From: Podarcis muralis
Taxonomy: Eukaryota
Assembly (NCBI RefSeq): GCF_964188315.1
Contig: NC_135670.1
Coordinates: 37,882,001 to 37,946,000, forward strand
DNA: 64,000 nucleotides
Direction of reading: 5' to 3'
A model generated the notes under the pieces. It had not been told where the DNA came from. It was given only the letters and a program-made list of their open reading frames with translations, and searched no databases. The position numbers and the translations under genes are program-made. Positions 59,401 through 64,000 of this stretch are shown here, one piece after another (the stretch's first letter is position 1; each line of letters begins with the position of its first letter).

Positions 59401-62400
59401 TCCCAGTGCAGAGATCATTGTCTTTCTTTTCAAAAGAACAAAGAAATGCCTCTTCCCAGAAAGTTCTGATGAAGCCATCTTCCCTTTCTGTGACAGGGTT
59501 TCTCTTCTGAAGAAATTTCTGGAATCCTAGATGATTAGCTGAATGAACTGCAAACGAAATGGCACCATGGAGAAAGCGTATGTCCCAATTTCTTTGAAAG
59601 GAAAACGATGTAAAATCCATCTGGGCTGTCATAATCCAGACTTTTGCCTTGATTTCCACAGGCATATTCATTGTTTCTGCCAAGTTGGGTATTATTCCCA
59701 ATACCATCATGGTCTGAATTTCACCAATCACAACCACGACATTGGCGGTGCTGCCCATAATAACACTGATTGTTTTAGAACCGTCCTCCACCATTTCCAT
59801 AGACTCACCTGAAAAGGTTAGTTTGGGAAATGTTTCTGTATAATCACAGCAAATACCTCTTCCGGCAAACATGGGAAGGACGTTTTGTACAAATCTCTCT
59901 CCGTTGTCATCACTCAGAGTCACCACTCCAATCCACATCCAGCTGAAATGCAGCAGTAGCTGGAGAATCCCATTATACTGATGAGCCACATCAGGGAACA
60001 TTCGGTGAAAGAACTCTTCTTGGATGTGGTTACTCAGCATAGGAGAAGAGCCATAGATGAACTGAAAATGATTGTAAAAATTATGCTTGCAAATTCCATC
60101 CACTTTGGTGTTTTTATATACCCTCTTATGGTGAATGAACACAGATGAGACTGCACAGAGAAAATTTAATTTTTTAAAACAACAAAACACACACACATAA
60201 AAGTTGAATATTGGGGCCCTATATGGAGTGGCTAGATTTCTTGAAATACTTCAATTTATACATTCCCCCCCCGCTCAGACACCCATAGAGTCTAAGGTCT
60301 TTGCTGCCCTTATATTTTCAATACAGGGAAAGGCACTGCAAGGGTCACTTCTCCCTTAAATTTCTTATGTGAATGTCACCATCAGAACATATAAGCAAAC
60401 AGTATCAGACATGTGAACACAGAATAAAGAGCAAATATAGCTAGTTTTTGTTGAAGAATCCATAGGACAGCTCTTTGAACCATAAATTGGGGAAAAATAA
60501 AATTAAAATGCATTTGTAAAGGCCACTGAGCCCAATCAAGCAATGATGATTTTTGATGACTGGACTGCATCTGAACCTCAATCATGGATTCTGTGCTGGA
60601 ATGCTTAAATATTGGAGAGGGGGGAATTAGCCTTCCCTGCACTGAGAAATCAAACATGTCATGCAGAATTCAAGACAGAATGGTTGTTCCTTGTATTCTG
60701 GTGTATTATGTGGAGGGATGAGTTTTGTTCATTGTGAGTCATTCACACTTTGTAATATCAACCTGGGGCCTTAAGGGATAGAATCCAATAGAAGTGTGAA
60801 TAGCATCCTAAATGGCCATACTCAATGCACACATCTCTGTGAATCGCTCAACCATGAAAGGATGCAGTGCAGGAGAAATGTGAATGGCTTCTCCAATGGC
60901 TCTCTTACCTGTGGCATCTTGTAGATACTCAGGACTGTTGCCATGTGGAGACAGATGTCAGAATTCGGTCCCCCGATGACGGCTACTGGACTGTTCTCAA
61001 CACCACACTTATAGTTGGGGATGAGTCTGCCCCATCCAGACAGCAGCTCCATGGAGCCATGATAGGTCCAGCTTGCAACGAAATGGCTGTTCAAGATGTG
61101 GAATCCCAGGGTGACATTGGGCAAGATCTGTGGGTTGTCATTTATCTCCTTTGCAGCAAATACCAAAGCCACAATGTGCTGGTAGAGTTGTGTCATGAGC
61201 CTGCAATGAGAGGTCCATTTTGCATCTTCTATAGAAAAGGACATTGTCTACATATCTACTTATCTCTCTAATGAGGGAAAAATACATCAGATGAGAACAG
61301 ACATTTAGCCTTGAATCCCATATTATTTATTGAAATAATGATGAAATACTTCAAACATTTCAATCTAGAGAATTTTCTTCTGATTCTTGTCTTGCTCAAG
61401 TTCCATGCAATATTTCAAATGCATAGAATAGACTTCAATTATACTTCACACCACCTTTCACTCCAAATTCAGGGTGATCTACAATAGATCTAGCACTCCC
61501 AATAAGATGCTAAGTTGGGGTTTTGAAATTCCATGCGTTACTCCCTTGATCCACTGCCCCCAGGGCTCTATGGCCTGCAAGAAGGAGCATCTCTGTTTGA
61601 ACAATTTAAGCTTGATTACTACTACAACTACAAATGCTGATAAATCAGCACAGGCGATTCAGGTGTTCACATCCTTGAATTTGCATGATATTAACAAGGC
61701 ATCTTGAATTGGATCTGATAGTTCCTCAGTGAACTCAGGTGCCTGGAAATTTAAAGCAACAACTTTTATCAGAAGAGAAGCAGCCTGAGACTGAGTTGAA
61801 GAGGGGATTTGTTCTTCTGTTTTGACAGCCAGGTCTGGTATTAATCACAGATCAGTAATATTTTTAAAACTATGCTTGTTTTATTTCTTAAAGTGAATAT
61901 TTGTTGCTTTTCAACCACTACCTCTTACCATATGCACATTATGAAAAGATCTCTCTTTTCCATGAACAAACATTTGTATCCCCATTCGGAGGGGGGCAGA
62001 AACACCCCACAACAATGTCCTGGCTGCAAGGGTAATATTTTCCCTACACCCCTTTCCTTGGAACACATAATCCTCTTTCCACGCTGCCTTTCCCTGTGCC
62101 AGTTAATGGAGAGGTCACTCTCCCGGGGAAAAGAGGCAATATCCCAAAAAACTGGATGGAGAGGAAGAAAAGCCCAGCCCTTCTTCCCTTGATAACCGAT
62201 CCTCATTGGAAGGGTAAGATTTAATTCACATCATTTATCCTGGGCATCTAGGTTACTATTTCCATCACTCACCTTCTCCTTTGCAAGTCAGTGGAGTGAT
62301 CTGCCCAACGCACCACAACCTTTGGGATACCAAAGCCATTTCTGGCAGGCTGAGATTTCCCCCACCTTAGTCTTTCCTGAGAGTGCATAATCTGTTTTCA

Positions 62401-63063
62401 GCCTCCACCCCTGTCCCCACAATTCCTATTGTGTCCACCTCAAGTCCGCTCAGGCAGGAGAACCACTGCAGCAATCATTCTGAAAGATGACAGAACTTGT
62501 TCCTTAGAGGAGGTGAGCATGCCTACAAATTGCTTCCAAATTATATCCGGTTGGACAAATTCAATGATGCACAAGAGAAAATAAATACATCTGCCATTGC
62601 TACTATTCAAGTTGGAAATGTGGTAAACTGGACTTGCTTCACGAACATTAATTTAAGACTATGGTCGACACTCTTAGCAGAAATGGACTCGAGCTCTCAG
62701 GTCCCCACTTCCCCGCCCCAGAAAAGAGCACATCAAATGCAGAAGCACAATAATTACTTATAAGGAAAGCCGATTGCACCAACAGCAAAATATGAATTCA
62801 TTTAATATGGATGCATTATATTGTTAAATAAACACAATTCCTTACATCGGGTCATCAAAGAGTTTAGCAGAGGGACGTTCTTTGAATGTTATCTTGTTTA
62901 TGAATGTATAGACCTGAGACATGATGCCAGCAATCATGAGGTCTCCTGTCTGATAATATTTGTGAAGAATGGGAAGAGGGTCACTGGTGGGGCACTGATC
63001 AAAAGGAATATTGCATGTAGTTAGAGGCAGCAGTATTAATAGTAAGATCACAAACACTAACAT
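55502..63063 (-). CDS. V2R gene F, complete: complement(join(55502..56403,56873..56999,57804..58031,59216..60061,60909..61200,62846..63063)), 870 aa
   Basis: 218+292+846+228+127+902=2613 nt, open frame, GT-AG boundaries. Confidence 0.9.
56873..56999 (-). CDS. V2R gene F exon 5
   Basis: 127 bp; [15 protein letters not shown]...CCYDCIPCP; donor G|GTCAGA. Confidence 0.9.
57804..58031 (-). CDS. V2R gene F exon 4
   Basis: 228 bp; [16 protein letters not shown]...INWITFPN...FNQ|GTAAG. Confidence 0.92.
58095..58345 (+). mobile_element. Interspersed repeat, possibly Vingi-LINE 5'-derived
   Basis: gtgacctccccggggtgcaagcctgg...ggaaagcagagca...ggcaccagcttgg resembles a squamate repeat; the family is recalled, not searched. 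Confidence 0.4.
58770..59125 (+). mobile_element. BovB LINE, 5'-truncated
   Basis: [17 protein letters not shown]...KSRTRLN; (ACA)n tail; probable TSD aagaaaaaga at 58760-58769 and 59126-59135. Confidence 0.9.
59216..60061 (-). CDS. V2R gene F exon 3
   Basis: ttttcag|FIYGSS...WMWIG...[14 protein letters not shown]...QPWQ|GT. Confidence 0.92.
60909..61200 (-). CDS. V2R gene F exon 2
   Basis: 292 bp; [23 protein letters not shown]...KMPQ|GTAAG. Confidence 0.92.
62846..63063 (-). CDS. V2R gene F exon 1
   Basis: [13 protein letters not shown]...[13 protein letters not shown]...DDP AT|GTAAG. Confidence 0.88.
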
Positions 63064-63605
63064 CTTGCAGGAAAACGCTTTACTGCAAAGGACACTTCAT
63101 CTCTTTGTAATGCAAGAGTCCCTGCCTTAAATTAGTACTCCAGCAGCTGAGTTGAAGAAGGCAGAACTGAAGAATCAGTAACCAGATGAAAGAGCCTTGC
63201 ATTTCCATAGCCTTAGTTTACATTTTGAATGTGCCCACTTGAACTCTCCTGGGTTGGGGAAATATAGCTGTGATTATGATTAATTTGATAATTACAGGAG
63301 ACATAACTTATGGCAGCTGTTGTTTATGACTCACTCATCATTGTTAAAGAAATCATGTCTCCCCCCCATAGCAAATGTCTTCTTTGATCCTGTTCAAAGT
63401 TATAGATAATCACAGGAGAGAGGGGAAAATAGAAGATTTGTACTCCCTCTCCCATGGAAATGGAAAAACTTTTGCTCTTTCCTCCATGTGTGATGGAGGT
63501 GGGCAAGGCTATATGTCAAATTAGAAGAGGCTTGGGGTGGTATTCAATATTCGTCCTACTCAGAGTAGATCCATTGGATTTAATGAGCATGACTAACATA
63601 GGCTA

Positions 63606-64000
63606 CTTTGTTGGCAAAGTAGAGACGTCACCTTGCCAACAAAGGTCCATATAGTTAAAGCCATGGTTTTCCCAGTAGTGATGTATGGAAGTGAGAGCTG
63701 GACCATAAAGAAGGCTGATCGCCGAAGAATTGATGCTTTTGAATTATGGTGCTGGAGAAGACTCTTGAGAGTCCCATGGACTGCAAGAAGATCAAACGCA
63801 TCCATTCTTAAGGAAATCAACCCTGAGTGCTCACTGGAAGGACAGATCCTGAAGCTGAGGCTCCAGTACTTTGGCCACCTCATGAGAAGAGAAGACTCCC
63901 TGGAGAAGACACTGATGCTGGGAAAGATGGAAGGCACAAGGAGAAGGGGGCGACAGAGGACGAGATGGTTGGATAGTGTTTTCGAGGTTACCAGCATGAG
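63606..64000 (+). mobile_element. BovB LINE, cut by the window end
   Basis: ccttgccaacaaaggtcc...YGSESWTIKKADRRRIDAFELWCWRRLL. Confidence 0.92.

Overview
Vertebrate (eukaryotic) DNA, most likely a squamate lizard. The Sauria SINEs with (ACCTTT)n tails and BovB LINEs suggest a lacertid, which is an inference. The window is a cluster of vomeronasal type-2 receptor (V2R, class C GPCR) genes. It holds the terminal exon of one gene (A, +, cut by the window edge) and five complete six-exon genes that I could splice by hand into open frames: B (-), C (+), D (+), E (-), F (-). All have intron phases 2-0-0-0-1, a 292-bp exon 2 and a 127-bp exon 5. There are also an orphan terminal exon with an in-frame TM6-7 deletion and two short terminal-exon remnants. 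Introns and spacers are full of transposons: Sauria SINEs, BovB, L1, L2, CR1, Rex1-like and RTEX-like LINEs, Tc1/mariner and hAT MITEs, and a solo LTR. No prokaryotic features, CRISPR arrays or RNA genes were seen. The most unusual observations are: (1) a ~700-bp copy of gene C's 3' flank inserted into an L2 with a 24-bp target duplication, possibly a retrocopied V2R 3'UTR; (2) a splice-compatible orphan terminal exon; (3) a SINE that inserted inside gene D's exon-2 AG acceptor, which its target-site duplication rebuilt; (4) GC-donor and GAG-acceptor splice sites in the same gene; (5) a CpG-island-like hAT element just upstream of gene E. All alignments and element family assignments were made by eye, with no database searches. 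I see no firm evidence of a wholly new biological system.
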